In this document: positions 40,457 through 49,607 of the stretch, one piece after another
Layout: the number at the start of each line of letters is the position of its first letter
Position numbering within the stretch: the stretch's first letter is position 1
Assembly: GCA_019057375.1 (NCBI GenBank)
Contig: DXJF01000097.1
Coordinates: forward strand, 1 to 64,000
Reading direction: 5' to 3'
Source: Candidatus Heimdallarchaeota archaeon
Lineage (GTDB): Archaea > Asgardarchaeota > Heimdallarchaeia > Heimdallarchaeales > Heimdallarchaeaceae
Length of the DNA: 64,000 bases
Position numbers and translations under genes: made by a program
Notes under the pieces: model-generated
The model's input: the letters and a program-made list of their open reading frames with translations, nothing else
Databases searched by the model: none
Told to the model about the DNA's origin: nothing

Positions 40457-41205
40457 CCCCTCCCTGATTTTTTCAACTGATGAAGAATAGTTTTGAAAAT
40501 ACCAATTAATGAATGAATCTCTTCACTCGTAGGGAAGCTTCTATTAACAACAGTTGTAAAACTATGAAAAGCAATAGGTTTTCTGTACTCTTCGTACGGT
40601 AGGAAATCAACTAAATCTTCAACTAAATCAAATAAGATTTTTCTTTCAATACTAGTTGAAATCCTCTCTTCTGAAATCCTTTTTTCAGTTTGTGATAATT
40701 CCTTCCATATTTCATATAGTATAATTGCAACAGCTTGGGAGATATTCAAAACTCTATGATCTCCAGGTATAGGAATATTTACTAAAATATCACATAATTG
40801 TAATTCCTCGTTTGACAACCCCCTATCTTCTCTTCCAAAAATTATACCCATGTTTCCTTGAGATACGTTTTGAATCTCACTTAAATTCCAAGGAAAAGAA
40901 GGCTGTCTATATACGTTGTAGTTCAATCCTGCCTTTGCTGAAGTTCCTATTAGAAGTGAATATTTTTCCTTTATTTCTTTTATAGAATTGACCACTTCAG
41001 CCTCCTCCAAGTATTTTAATGAGTGCTTAGCCCTCTTTCTAGCTTCCTCATCAAGATGATTAACTTGAGGTGCAACTAAAACCAATCTATTAATTGCAAA
41101 GTTGTTACACAATCTAGCAATTGCACCAATATTCCCCTCAATTTTGGGTTCTACCAAGATAACATCTTGCTTAATCTTTATTTCATAATTTGTCATTTCT
41201 TTCAC
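40450..41205 (-). CDS. TrmJ/TrmH-family SPOUT RNA methyltransferase
   Basis: LVEPKIEGNIGAIAR, IFGREDRGLSNEEL, LNISQAV. Confidence 0.92.
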   Translation of the reverse strand: MKEMTNYEIKIKQDVILVEPKIEGNIGAIARLCNNFAINRLVLVAPQVNHLDEEARKRAKHSLKYLEEAEVVNSIKEIKEKYSLLIGTSAKAGLNYNVYRQPSFPWNLSEIQNVSQGNMGIIFGREDRGLSNEELQLCDILVNIPIPGDHRVLNISQAVAIILYEIWKELSQTEKRISEERISTSIERKILFDLVEDLVDFLPYEEYRKPIAFHSFTTVVNRSFPTSEEIHSLIGIFKTILHQLKKSGRGW

Positions 41206-41818
41206 AAAAATTAATTTTTACTAAATATAGTTTCTCAAAGAATAAACTTAATTCACCCATAATCTCTAATTCTATTCTATTTTTCTTTAATTCTTGAATA
41301 TTATCTTCTTGCCAACTTAGAGATGAGAATATAGTATAAAAACTGGCATTAACTTTGTTTTTTCGTAAAGAATCCAACATCTCATACGTCTCTTCATAGC
41401 CCTTTTCCCCCCCCACTAACATAAGCTTGTTTAATGATGAAAGGTTTCCACTTTCCTCATTATCAGGTAGATAGGGCGGATTCCAGATAATAATTTCAGA
41501 GTCGAGATAATGAACGGCCTCAATCTTATCCATACACACAATGTCAACTTGATTCTGAATACTGTTTAATTGTAAATTGTACTTAATTGCTTTGGTGGCA
41601 CTAAATGAAATATCAGATATTAGAAACTGAATATGGGGATTTCTTTTGGCAAGAACAATAGATATAATTCCTGAACCGCTACCTATTTCCACAATTTTCT
41701 TTATGCTGCTGGGTACTTCTATTGTATCTATTAGAAAAAAAGTATCTTCTGCGGGAAAATAGACATCATCCTCTAATTCTAGTTCTATTTCATATTTGGG
41801 GAAATCATATTTAACCAA
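41183..41818 (-). CDS. HemK2/N6AMT1-like methyltransferase (aRF1 Gln methylase)
   Basis: VYFPAEDT, EIGSGSG, NPPY. Confidence 0.88.
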   Translation of the reverse strand: MVKYDFPKYEIELELEDDVYFPAEDTFFLIDTIEVPSSIKKIVEIGSGSGIISIVLAKRNPHIQFLISDISFSATKAIKYNLQLNSIQNQVDIVCMDKIEAVHYLDSEIIIWNPPYLPDNEESGNLSSLNKLMLVGGEKGYEETYEMLDSLRKNKVNASFYTIFSSLSWQEDNIQELKKNRIELEIMGELSLFFEKLYLVKINFCERNDKL

Positions 41819-42669
41819 AGTTCCTCGCCTATCCTTTCTTTAATGTGACCATATAGTTGTAGAAGTTCTTCAAATGACATTGTGAAAACTCGTCTTTCCA
41901 TAAATTGAAGCGTTTCTAAAACTTTCCTTTCAACCAATATATTTTGCTTTTCCTTTCTCTTCATTATATTGAACAAAATACTTCGAATTGTCTTTTTCTT
42001 GTTTGTAAAAAGCATTCTCACAAATGCAGAAAAATCTTCGTTATCATCTAAATGAACCTCATCTTTTTTTGTAATAGCTACTATTGAAGAATATATCTTT
42101 GGTTGTGGATAGAATGAACTTGGTTTAACAATCTTAAGATTCCTACAGATCGCCTTTAAATTAATCATCACTGAAAGTCTTGAATAATTGCTGGTTCCAG
42201 GTTTAGCAAAAAACCTCTGTGCAAACTCCCTTTGATACATGAGAATTGCTAAATCAAAAGAATATTCTAGAAGCTTAAATGTTATGGGCGAAGATATTTG
42301 ATAGGGTAGATTGGAGACACATTTAGTAAATCTTGGGAAGTCTGTTTTAACAGCATCCCCTTGTATTATCTCTACATTTGAAAAATCTTGTAGAAAATTA
42401 GTTAAAAATGAGATCATTCGTTTATCATGTTCTATAATAATCAGTTTTTTAGCTTTGCTAGCAATACATTTTGATAGGTTCCCTATTCCTCCCCCAATTT
42501 CAAGAACGATATCCTTAGGTTGTATACTTGCTTGGTTTATTTGATAGTTGATAATGTTAGAATCTACTAAAAAATTCTGTCCCCTATGTCTGGAAGGAGT
42601 GATATTCAACTCTCTTAAACTATCTAAAACATGTTTTCTTAGTTCAAAAGAGGAAGTCCAGCAATCCAT
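41785..42669 (-). CDS. rsmA: 16S rRNA dimethyladenosine transferase KsgA/Dim1
   Basis: GQNFL, EIGGGIG, SNLPYQISSP, MYQREFA, FYPQP. Confidence 0.95.
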   Translation of the reverse strand: MDCWTSSFELRKHVLDSLRELNITPSRHRGQNFLVDSNIINYQINQASIQPKDIVLEIGGGIGNLSKCIASKAKKLIIIEHDKRMISFLTNFLQDFSNVEIIQGDAVKTDFPRFTKCVSNLPYQISSPITFKLLEYSFDLAILMYQREFAQRFFAKPGTSNYSRLSVMINLKAICRNLKIVKPSSFYPQPKIYSSIVAITKKDEVHLDDNEDFSAFVRMLFTNKKKTIRSILFNIMKRKEKQNILVERKVLETLQFMERRVFTMSFEELLQLYGHIKERIGEELWLNMISPNMK

Positions 42670-42689
42670 TATTCAAACCATTTTTAGTG

Positions 42690-43355
42690 TTACCTTCTTT
42701 GTCCAGAATCTGGGTTTGCTGTAAATAATCTATGTTTCTCATCTTCTATTAATTCTTGCATAATCCTATTGAGAATCATTTTTCTTATATCAGAGATTTT
42801 TACTCTCTCTTCTATATCGCTAAAGGAGACGAAAGGCATGCTTTTTCTTGATTGTAATATTTCCCACATCAGCTTCTTTCCAATGCCAGGTATTAATTGC
42901 AGAGAGTGAATACGGTTGGTTATAGGTTGAGCTTTATTGAAAAATGAAACAAATCTTTTTTCGTTCTTGTTTATTATATTAAGAACAGCTTCTTTCAATG
43001 AACTATATCCTGTGTTTGTTAAATCATTTACAGTAATTCTGCGTTTGATTTGTCTAATTGGAGTTTTTTCACTGATTTTTGGTAATGGTAGCTCTGTGAA
43101 TTGAGGATAACTGCTCCTTTTTTCAACGACCATATCGAGTAAACTAAACCATGTTGTACCAATACCCTGAATTGTAGGTTCCCTTTGTTTGGTTTGTCCA
43201 AAACCTTTACCATCTGGTAAATAGTCGAGAACTAGAATTCGTGACTCATCTTTCTTTGTATGTTTTACACGAGTAACGGGGCTAATAATGAAATCATCAC
43301 TTTCGGTTGATTTTTCAGAACGTTTGTTTGATCTGGAATGTTTATTGTTTACCAT
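42690..43355 (-). CDS. DUF655 family RNA-binding protein
   Basis: VLDYLP, PTIQGIG, FFNKAQPIT.RIHSLQLIPGIGKK. Confidence 0.92.
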   Translation of the reverse strand: MVNNKHSRSNKRSEKSTESDDFIISPVTRVKHTKKDESRILVLDYLPDGKGFGQTKQREPTIQGIGTTWFSLLDMVVEKRSSYPQFTELPLPKISEKTPIRQIKRRITVNDLTNTGYSSLKEAVLNIINKNEKRFVSFFNKAQPITNRIHSLQLIPGIGKKLMWEILQSRKSMPFVSFSDIEERVKISDIRKMILNRIMQELIEDEKHRLFTANPDSGQRR

Positions 43356-43429
43356 GATACTCTCACCATAAATAAGTACAAATACAAAAAAAGTTTTTGC
43401 TTTCTTGGTATTAATCCTATATTGAAGTT

Positions 43430-43783
43430 TTATGCGGATTTGGGTTCTCTATCGATAAATGGCTTAATAATGTTAAAGATTTCTTTGATGTCGGGATCTG
43501 TTAGCATTTGTGGTTCTTTTGAGAGCAAATCCTTCAGTTCTTCTATAGATGGGGGAAGTATATTTGCAATAGTATATGCAGAGAGTTCAGACAATTTATA
43601 TTTTTTAATTAATTTCTCAACTATTTCTCTAGATTCTTCAGGTTCAATTCTAGCGTTTTGCATAGCATGTTCAAATGCTACTCTTTGCCAGTAAGAAAGT
43701 TCTGATTCTTCACTTCTTTCCTGTAAGATACGCATAGCTTCAGAAATTGTTAATGGTTTTTTTTCGAGACCCTCTCTAGGCAT
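43430..43783 (-). CDS. rpoF: RNA polymerase subunit Rpo4 (F)
   Basis: PLTISEA, LSYWQR, IANILP. Confidence 0.9.
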   Translation of the reverse strand: MPREGLEKKPLTISEAMRILQERSEESELSYWQRVAFEHAMQNARIEPEESREIVEKLIKKYKLSELSAYTIANILPPSIEELKDLLSKEPQMLTDPDIKEIFNIIKPFIDREPKSA

Positions 43784-43795
43784 AAACTCACTTCA

Positions 43796-44107
43796 CTAAT
43801 TTTCTACTTGAACAACAGAACGACTTAAGCGTAAATGTTCCTTTACTGCAATAATTTGCTTTGTAGCTCTTCCTTGTTTTATTGAAATAATGAAAGCTTT
43901 ACCTTGTTTTTTTGTGATTTCACCTGTTTTACCATGATATCTTCTGTGAGGCATTCCTCTATGTTCACTTGAATCAATAATAATGTCCACTATATCACCT
44001 TCGTTGAAATCACGCAATAGATAATCTAAAGGTCGAATACCTTTATCTCTTGTATGCTTCTTCATGAGATGTCTTGTTCTAGCACGATAACCTTTGGATT
44101 TACGCAT
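43796..44107 (-). CDS. rpl21e: Ribosomal protein eL21
   Basis: SKGYRARTR, GMPHRRYHGKTG, EHLR. Confidence 0.97.
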   Translation of the reverse strand: MRKSKGYRARTRHLMKKHTRDKGIRPLDYLLRDFNEGDIVDIIIDSSEHRGMPHRRYHGKTGEITKKQGKAFIISIKQGRATKQIIAVKEHLRLSRSVVQVEN

Positions 44108-44226
44108 ACTTTACACCTTTATGTCTAATTTATACAAGTGAGCAAAGTCCCTCGATGTAACTTTTAATCTTTTCGTTATCTGTTCTGGTGATTGCAAACC
44201 ATACCATCAAAACCACTACGTCTATT

Positions 44227-45567
44227 TTACGCTTTATTGGACCCATCCTGAATTTCAATGACATCCAATTCCTTGCATTTAGCTTCTATACCTATAACTT
44301 CTGCTATGCTGGGTTTTGTTCGGTTATTATCTCCTGAAATTAGTTCTTTAACATAACAACCACCATCGCAAGTTATTATGGCTTCAATATGAGTCTCATC
44401 AATTTTTGAGCATTGAACAGAAAATGCTGTTTTCTTTCTTATAATATCTGCTCTTCTATGAGAAACTCTCTGAGGTGTTCGTTGATTTATAGTGCGGTTT
44501 TGAAAGAATTCTTCGATTTCTTTGATTTTCTTTTCAGAAACTGTTTCTTTAAAAGTAATAAGAGCTTTGTACTTCTTTACAGTTCGTTCTGCACTGCTTT
44601 TTAAATCTCTCAACTCATTTTTTGAAGACCATCTGTATTCAGAAACATCGATTTTTCCTTTACCAAACTGGTTTGTGTTTTTTTCAAGCTCACGCAAATC
44701 TATGGTTCGTACCTTTGGCTCCACTATTTCGAGAACAAAAGGTCTTCCTGTACCCAACATCAAAGCATCTATATCCTCTCTTCCCGCTCCATGTAACACG
44801 CCTTTGTACCCATGTGTTAATTTAAGTGCTTCATATTCTGCAAGCTCCTCAACAGATTCCTGATGTTTTTTACCAGTATGATCGCACTCTACACATCCTT
44901 TCCCTTTACATTTTCTACAAGGCCAACGTGTCTGAGGTAGAGTTCGAATATATTTTCGATATCGGCCATAAATATACAAAGGTTTTAACTTGAGGTCTAT
45001 AGAGTAGGTTAAAGGACTTATTTCGATGACAATTTCTGGGGACTGAAAATCGGTTTCTTTTGAAAGAAACTCTCCAATTTTTCCTCCTATCAAACGATTG
45101 AATTCTTGCTTTAGATATTCAGTTTGCACAACATTGAATTCTTCTTTCAGATTTCTCTCTCTTTCAAAGAACTCCTTAGGTAGTGAAGTACCAATCAAGA
45201 ATGTTTGAAATTCATAATCTTTAACTTCTGGTAAAATCCCTTGTATAATCTCTTCTGAATTTTCAGTCAGAGTATTTTGACAGATATAACACTCTTCTGA
45301 ATCCTCTGTTTCAAAATTATTTCTCCTTAGAGTATTTTTTGCCAATTTATTGTCTGCTCTTGATAAAGTTTGAAGTATTAAGACATTATTATCAGTAATA
45401 TCAGTTGAATAAAATAGAGATAGAAAGTCCTTAATTGTTGAGCCTCTGTTCTTGTTTGTTGTTCCTGTTGACAAATTAGAGAATTGTCTTCCTAAACAAT
45501 AATCACACAAAGAATGTGATTTTAGTATGTCTATAGCTTTTTTATGCAGAGTCATCCTATCTAACAC
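44227..45567 (-). CDS. pus10: tRNA pseudouridine(54/55) synthase Pus10
   Basis: CDYCLGR, GRYRK...PQTRW, HGAGREDIDALMLGTGRPF, GGCYVKELISGD. Confidence 0.96.
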   Translation of the reverse strand: MLDRMTLHKKAIDILKSHSLCDYCLGRQFSNLSTGTTNKNRGSTIKDFLSLFYSTDITDNNVLILQTLSRADNKLAKNTLRRNNFETEDSEECYICQNTLTENSEEIIQGILPEVKDYEFQTFLIGTSLPKEFFERERNLKEEFNVVQTEYLKQEFNRLIGGKIGEFLSKETDFQSPEIVIEISPLTYSIDLKLKPLYIYGRYRKYIRTLPQTRWPCRKCKGKGCVECDHTGKKHQESVEELAEYEALKLTHGYKGVLHGAGREDIDALMLGTGRPFVLEIVEPKVRTIDLRELEKNTNQFGKGKIDVSEYRWSSKNELRDLKSSAERTVKKYKALITFKETVSEKKIKEIEEFFQNRTINQRTPQRVSHRRADIIRKKTAFSVQCSKIDETHIEAIITCDGGCYVKELISGDNNRTKPSIAEVIGIEAKCKELDVIEIQDGSNKA

Positions 45568-46126
45568 TCTCCAGAAGATAATTGGTAATGATTACTTGCT
45601 CATCAACTACTAGATGCTTTAAGAGCATCTTCTTTGAATTGATTGATAAAGGTAGTTTTTCGAAACCATAAGAAAAGACATTGCTATGTTTAACGATTTC
45701 TTGTGAAAATTCTGATTCTTTTTCACATGTTGAAACAACTTGAACTATCTTATCCTCTTTGTGCTTTTCAAAGATCCAATCGCTACTTTGCTCTAGAACT
45801 GAAATTCCTGGTGTGAGTTTTCCATCTCGAGAATTAGGATTTATTATGTGACTTTTTGCTCGTAGTATAAGGTGTGCTGATGAAAAGAAGCCAGGACCAA
45901 GATACTTTAACTTGCTACCTTCAAAAGTAATTACATATGGTATTCCTTGGTAGCTTGTACAATAATAAAGAAAAAGATTCTTTCTAAATTGATTTGACAG
46001 AAAAAAAGAATCAGCAATTGATTTGATATAGGGTGCGGATTCTTCCAACTCTGTATTTTTTTTATATAAATTGGATTTAATAAAAGATAAAGGAGGTGCG
46101 TTTAAGATGAAAAAAAGTTGAGACAT
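45557..46126 (-). CDS. Divergent TrmY-like SPOUT protein
   Basis: FFLSNQFRK, ITFEGSKLKYLGP, TPGISV; adjacent to pus10. Confidence 0.55.
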   Translation of the reverse strand: MSQLFFILNAPPLSFIKSNLYKKNTELEESAPYIKSIADSFFLSNQFRKNLFLYYCTSYQGIPYVITFEGSKLKYLGPGFFSSAHLILRAKSHIINPNSRDGKLTPGISVLEQSSDWIFEKHKEDKIVQVVSTCEKESEFSQEIVKHSNVFSYGFEKLPLSINSKKMLLKHLVVDEQVIITNYLLESVR

Positions 46127-46149
46127 ACGATTTCACATTTAGTGATTGT

Positions 46150-47493
46150 CTATTGTCCTAATAACCCAGGTGGTATTCCTGGTATTTGCATTCCTCCGCG
46201 TCTTCCTTTACGCATGCGTTTTACCAGATTGGTCATCATCTTGTGTTGGGCCATTAGTTCTCTAACTTCTGAAACAGGTCTCCCACTACCTTTAGCAATT
46301 CGTTGAACTCTAGAACTCCCCAATTTAGTTTTTCCATCTAGTTCTTCATTTGTCATAGAGGTCATAATGACTTTGAATCTTTTCATATTGTCCTTTGAAA
46401 CATCGAGCATATCTTCATCAATAGTCATTCCTAATCCTGGAATCATTGAAAGCATTCTCTTCATTGAACCAGAGGAGCTGAAAGTGTCTAACAATTCCAT
46501 CATTTGTCTATAGGAGATTTTACCACTTAGCATGCTCATTGCTTCCTCTTTTGAGGGAAGTGCCTCCATTTCTCGTACTTCTTTCAAAAGACCTTCTAAA
46601 TCCCCTACTCCAATAAGTCTTCCTACAAACGAAGTTGGGTTGAATTCCTCCAAAGAATCGATATCTTCACCATCAGCGAGGAATTTAATTGGAACCTTAA
46701 CTGCTACTGCTGCAGAGAGACTACCACCACCCTTAGCTGAACCATCCATTTTAGTAACAATAACTGATCCTACTTTGGTTACTTCTGCAAAGGCAGAAGC
46801 TTGATCATGAGCCGCTTGTCCGAGATTTCCATCTACAACAAGTATAATCTCATCTGGCTTTATTTTATCATTAAGTTCTTTCATTTCTTTAAGAAGAGCT
46901 TTTTCCTCTTTGTGACGTCCAGCTGTATCAATAATGATTGTGTTATACTTTTCATCCAAAAATTTCTTAACACCATCTGCTGCAATTTTGACAGTATGTT
47001 TATTTTCAGGGTCACCATAAACAGGTACTTTAATACTTGAGCAAAGTTGTTGCAATTGTTCATAGGCACCGGGTCTAAAATTATCGACAGTTACAACTGC
47101 AACCTTTTTACCTCTTTTTTGAATGTATTTCGCTAGTTTTGCTGTTGTGGTTGTTTTTCCTGATCCTTGAATCCCTACCAACATTATTAGTGTTGGTTTG
47201 TTTGGATGTAAAGTAAGGGGGTAAACCTTTGTTCCTAGAAACTTAGAAAGCTCATCATGTATGATTGACAAAACACTTTTTTTACGAGATAAACCATCCG
47301 GAAGTCCCTTATCCATAGATTTACGTTCAACTTCATTAACTACCTCTGCAGCTAAATCAAATTGAACATCAGCTTCTAATAAAGCTTTTAACATTGCATT
47401 CTTTAATTCACGAATTTGCTCTTTATCTGGAGGACCACCTCTAAGTATCTTAGAAATTGCGGTGTTAAGAGCAGAACCTAGTTTACCTAACAT
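46150..47493 (-). CDS. srp54: Signal recognition particle protein SRP54
   Basis: GIQGSGKTTT, DTAGR, TKMDGSAKGGG, M domain SMTNEE...SRVQRIAKGSG. Confidence 0.97.
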   Translation of the reverse strand: MLGKLGSALNTAISKILRGGPPDKEQIRELKNAMLKALLEADVQFDLAAEVVNEVERKSMDKGLPDGLSRKKSVLSIIHDELSKFLGTKVYPLTLHPNKPTLIMLVGIQGSGKTTTTAKLAKYIQKRGKKVAVVTVDNFRPGAYEQLQQLCSSIKVPVYGDPENKHTVKIAADGVKKFLDEKYNTIIIDTAGRHKEEKALLKEMKELNDKIKPDEIILVVDGNLGQAAHDQASAFAEVTKVGSVIVTKMDGSAKGGGSLSAAVAVKVPIKFLADGEDIDSLEEFNPTSFVGRLIGVGDLEGLLKEVREMEALPSKEEAMSMLSGKISYRQMMELLDTFSSSGSMKRMLSMIPGLGMTIDEDMLDVSKDNMKRFKVIMTSMTNEELDGKTKLGSSRVQRIAKGSGRPVSEVRELMAQHKMMTNLVKRMRKGRRGGMQIPGIPPGLLGQ

Positions 47494-47571
47494 GGATTAT
47501 CATTTGAAGAATGCAAAAGAGATTAAAGAATATTTTGTTTTGAGGGAAAAGAAAAAAAGAGAGGGTAGGAA

Positions 47572-48471
47572 CTAAAATTTTAATTCTTCAGGTTTGATTC
47601 GGATTGGTTCTCCAGTTAATTTTACTCTGCGTTTAACTTTGAGAGAATTAACGAAGTAAACTTTTCCGCCAACTTCTGAACGACGACCAATAAAGACATC
47701 GTGTCCTTTTACGTCACCAGTAACTGATGTGGCTCTAATATCGACGTTATTTTTTGCAAATAAGTTGCCACCAACTTTGTATGGATGTTTGACAATGCTA
47801 CCGATTCTTAGACTTAGCCATCTTTTCCATCCTTTCAAACCTAGAGTTACATTTTCTCCTACTAAGTTTCCTTTAACATTAGCTGCTCCCTCTACTGTAA
47901 CATCTTTTTGTGATAGGAGATTTCCACCTACTCCTATGGTTCCTGAAGATTTTACACCATTGTTTGTTTGTAGATTTCCACCTACTTTGAAAGAACCAGA
48001 GGATTTTGTGAAACCTTGTACAGTAGTTTCTCCTTCAATCTTTGCTGATCCAGCAAATTTGGCATCACCACTACCAATCAAATCTCCACCAACCCTGAAA
48101 GATCCAGAAGATTTGATGGGACCTAAAATATTAGCATCTTGACCAATTTTTGCAGAGCCACTAAACCTAGCAGAAGATTCGCTCACAAGTCCACCAGATA
48201 TACCAAAGGATCCAGAACTTCTAACTGTACCCAAAGAAGTTAAGTTTCCTTCACCTTTTAATGATCCTGAGGTTTTTATTCCAGCACATTTAAAATCTCC
48301 AGCAAGTCTTCCTGAACCTGAAATTTTGACAAATTTAGGAATAACTCCACCGGATATATTTGATGATCCAGAGATTTTAACTAAATCTTCTGATTCCTTT
48401 AAACTTCCAGCAGAGCTGATTGTAGCTCTCTGTTCAACATTTTCGTTTGTTTCTTTAATTGTTTTTTCCAT
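47572..48471 (-). CDS. Bactofilin-like (polymer-forming cytoskeletal) beta-helix protein
   Basis: Repeated (S/A)GS.K..G units, VKGNLVGENV, VEGTV-type C-terminus; YhbE/YhbF-like. Confidence 0.75.
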   Translation of the reverse strand: MEKTIKETNENVEQRATISSAGSLKESEDLVKISGSSNISGGVIPKFVKISGSGRLAGDFKCAGIKTSGSLKGEGNLTSLGTVRSSGSFGISGGLVSESSARFSGSAKIGQDANILGPIKSSGSFRVGGDLIGSGDAKFAGSAKIEGETTVQGFTKSSGSFKVGGNLQTNNGVKSSGTIGVGGNLLSQKDVTVEGAANVKGNLVGENVTLGLKGWKRWLSLRIGSIVKHPYKVGGNLFAKNNVDIRATSVTGDVKGHDVFIGRRSEVGGKVYFVNSLKVKRRVKLTGEPIRIKPEELKF

Positions 48472-48501
48472 TTATTTCACCTTTCTGTTTCATTATCTTA
48501 A

Positions 48502-49407
48502 TTACAATCTTAGTTTTTCATGGCTTATTTTTACTGGCTCATTAGCTAAATCTGCTCTCTTGTTAACATCTATGTAATCAACATAAAAAACAGTACCTTC
48601 TACATTGGTAAATGGTCCAATCTCGACTTTGAGACCTTTAACATCGCCGTCTACATTGGTATTAGCCAAATAAACTTCCCCAGTACCTAAAACATGCCCT
48701 TCAATTATTGATTTCTTAAGAGATCGAAATCTTAGACCAAGGAAATCCTTTCCTTTATTGATAAGAATATCATCGCCTACTAAATCACCTTCGACCATAA
48801 TTCGTCCAGCCGCTTCAACAATTCCTTGAGATAATAGGTTACCTTCAATTCTAGCAGAACCTGAAAATTTTGCTCCGCTTTCAGCTTGTAAAAGTCCTCC
48901 AGTAGTAAAACTACCAGCTGCTACAATTCTGCCTTTGAGAATAGTTTCTAAGCCTACTTTTGTAGAACCTGCGAATTTTGCATCTTGATCTCCATGTAAG
49001 AAACCAGCGCACTTAAAAGATCCAGCAGTATTGATGTCTCCATGGGCAGTAATGCTACCATTACTCTTTAGGGAACCAGCAGATTTCAAGTTGTTACATT
49101 CAACATCATTTTCAATTTTTCCAGAACCTGCGATGCGAATATCCTTTCCAACATACCCTCCTGAGATTTTAGTTGATCCAGCAACTGATAGAGATTTATC
49201 AGTTGATACCTTAACTCCTGAAGTATAAATCTGAGAAGCTTCTTTGTGTTGTTCAAAATTTTCTTTAGCATCATCAAGCTTTTGGAGATAACGTTCTTTT
49301 AATTCAACATAGTTTTGTTTATCGATTTCTCCTTTGTCAAACCTCTTTTCCAAGAGTTCTAATAATTCTTCATACATTTTGACTTCGTTTTTAGACAATT
49401 GTATCAC
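48502..49407 (-). CDS. Bactofilin-like protein with N-terminal SHOCT-like helix
   Basis: Paralog of 47572-48471; N-terminus LEKRFDKGEIDKQNYVELKERY. Confidence 0.75.
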   Translation of the reverse strand: MIQLSKNEVKMYEELLELLEKRFDKGEIDKQNYVELKERYLQKLDDAKENFEQHKEASQIYTSGVKVSTDKSLSVAGSTKISGGYVGKDIRIAGSGKIENDVECNNLKSAGSLKSNGSITAHGDINTAGSFKCAGFLHGDQDAKFAGSTKVGLETILKGRIVAAGSFTTGGLLQAESGAKFSGSARIEGNLLSQGIVEAAGRIMVEGDLVGDDILINKGKDFLGLRFRSLKKSIIEGHVLGTGEVYLANTNVDGDVKGLKVEIGPFTNVEGTVFYVDYIDVNKRADLANEPVKISHEKLRL

Positions 49408-49565
49408 TATGATACCAATAACATCGCTTTATTTAATCATTTTTTTAATTGGTTAGAACAAGTGCTTAATCGCCAGGTTAAACGTTTTTAATATCAAGGT
49501 AAAGAGGATAAACCATATAGCTTAAGGTTAAACCAACCAGTGAAAAAATCCACAAAAGGTAAGAA

Positions 49566-49607
49566 TGGTGCGGGGAGGGAGATTCGAACTCCCGAACCAC
49601 TAAGGAA
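49566..49607 (-). repeat. Copy of tRNA-Leu 3' exon, interrupted by TnpB-like element
   Basis: 42/42 identical to 14587-14628 (Leu-CAA), 40/42 to Leu-TAA; continuation CGGATG is at 51647-51652. Confidence 0.95.
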
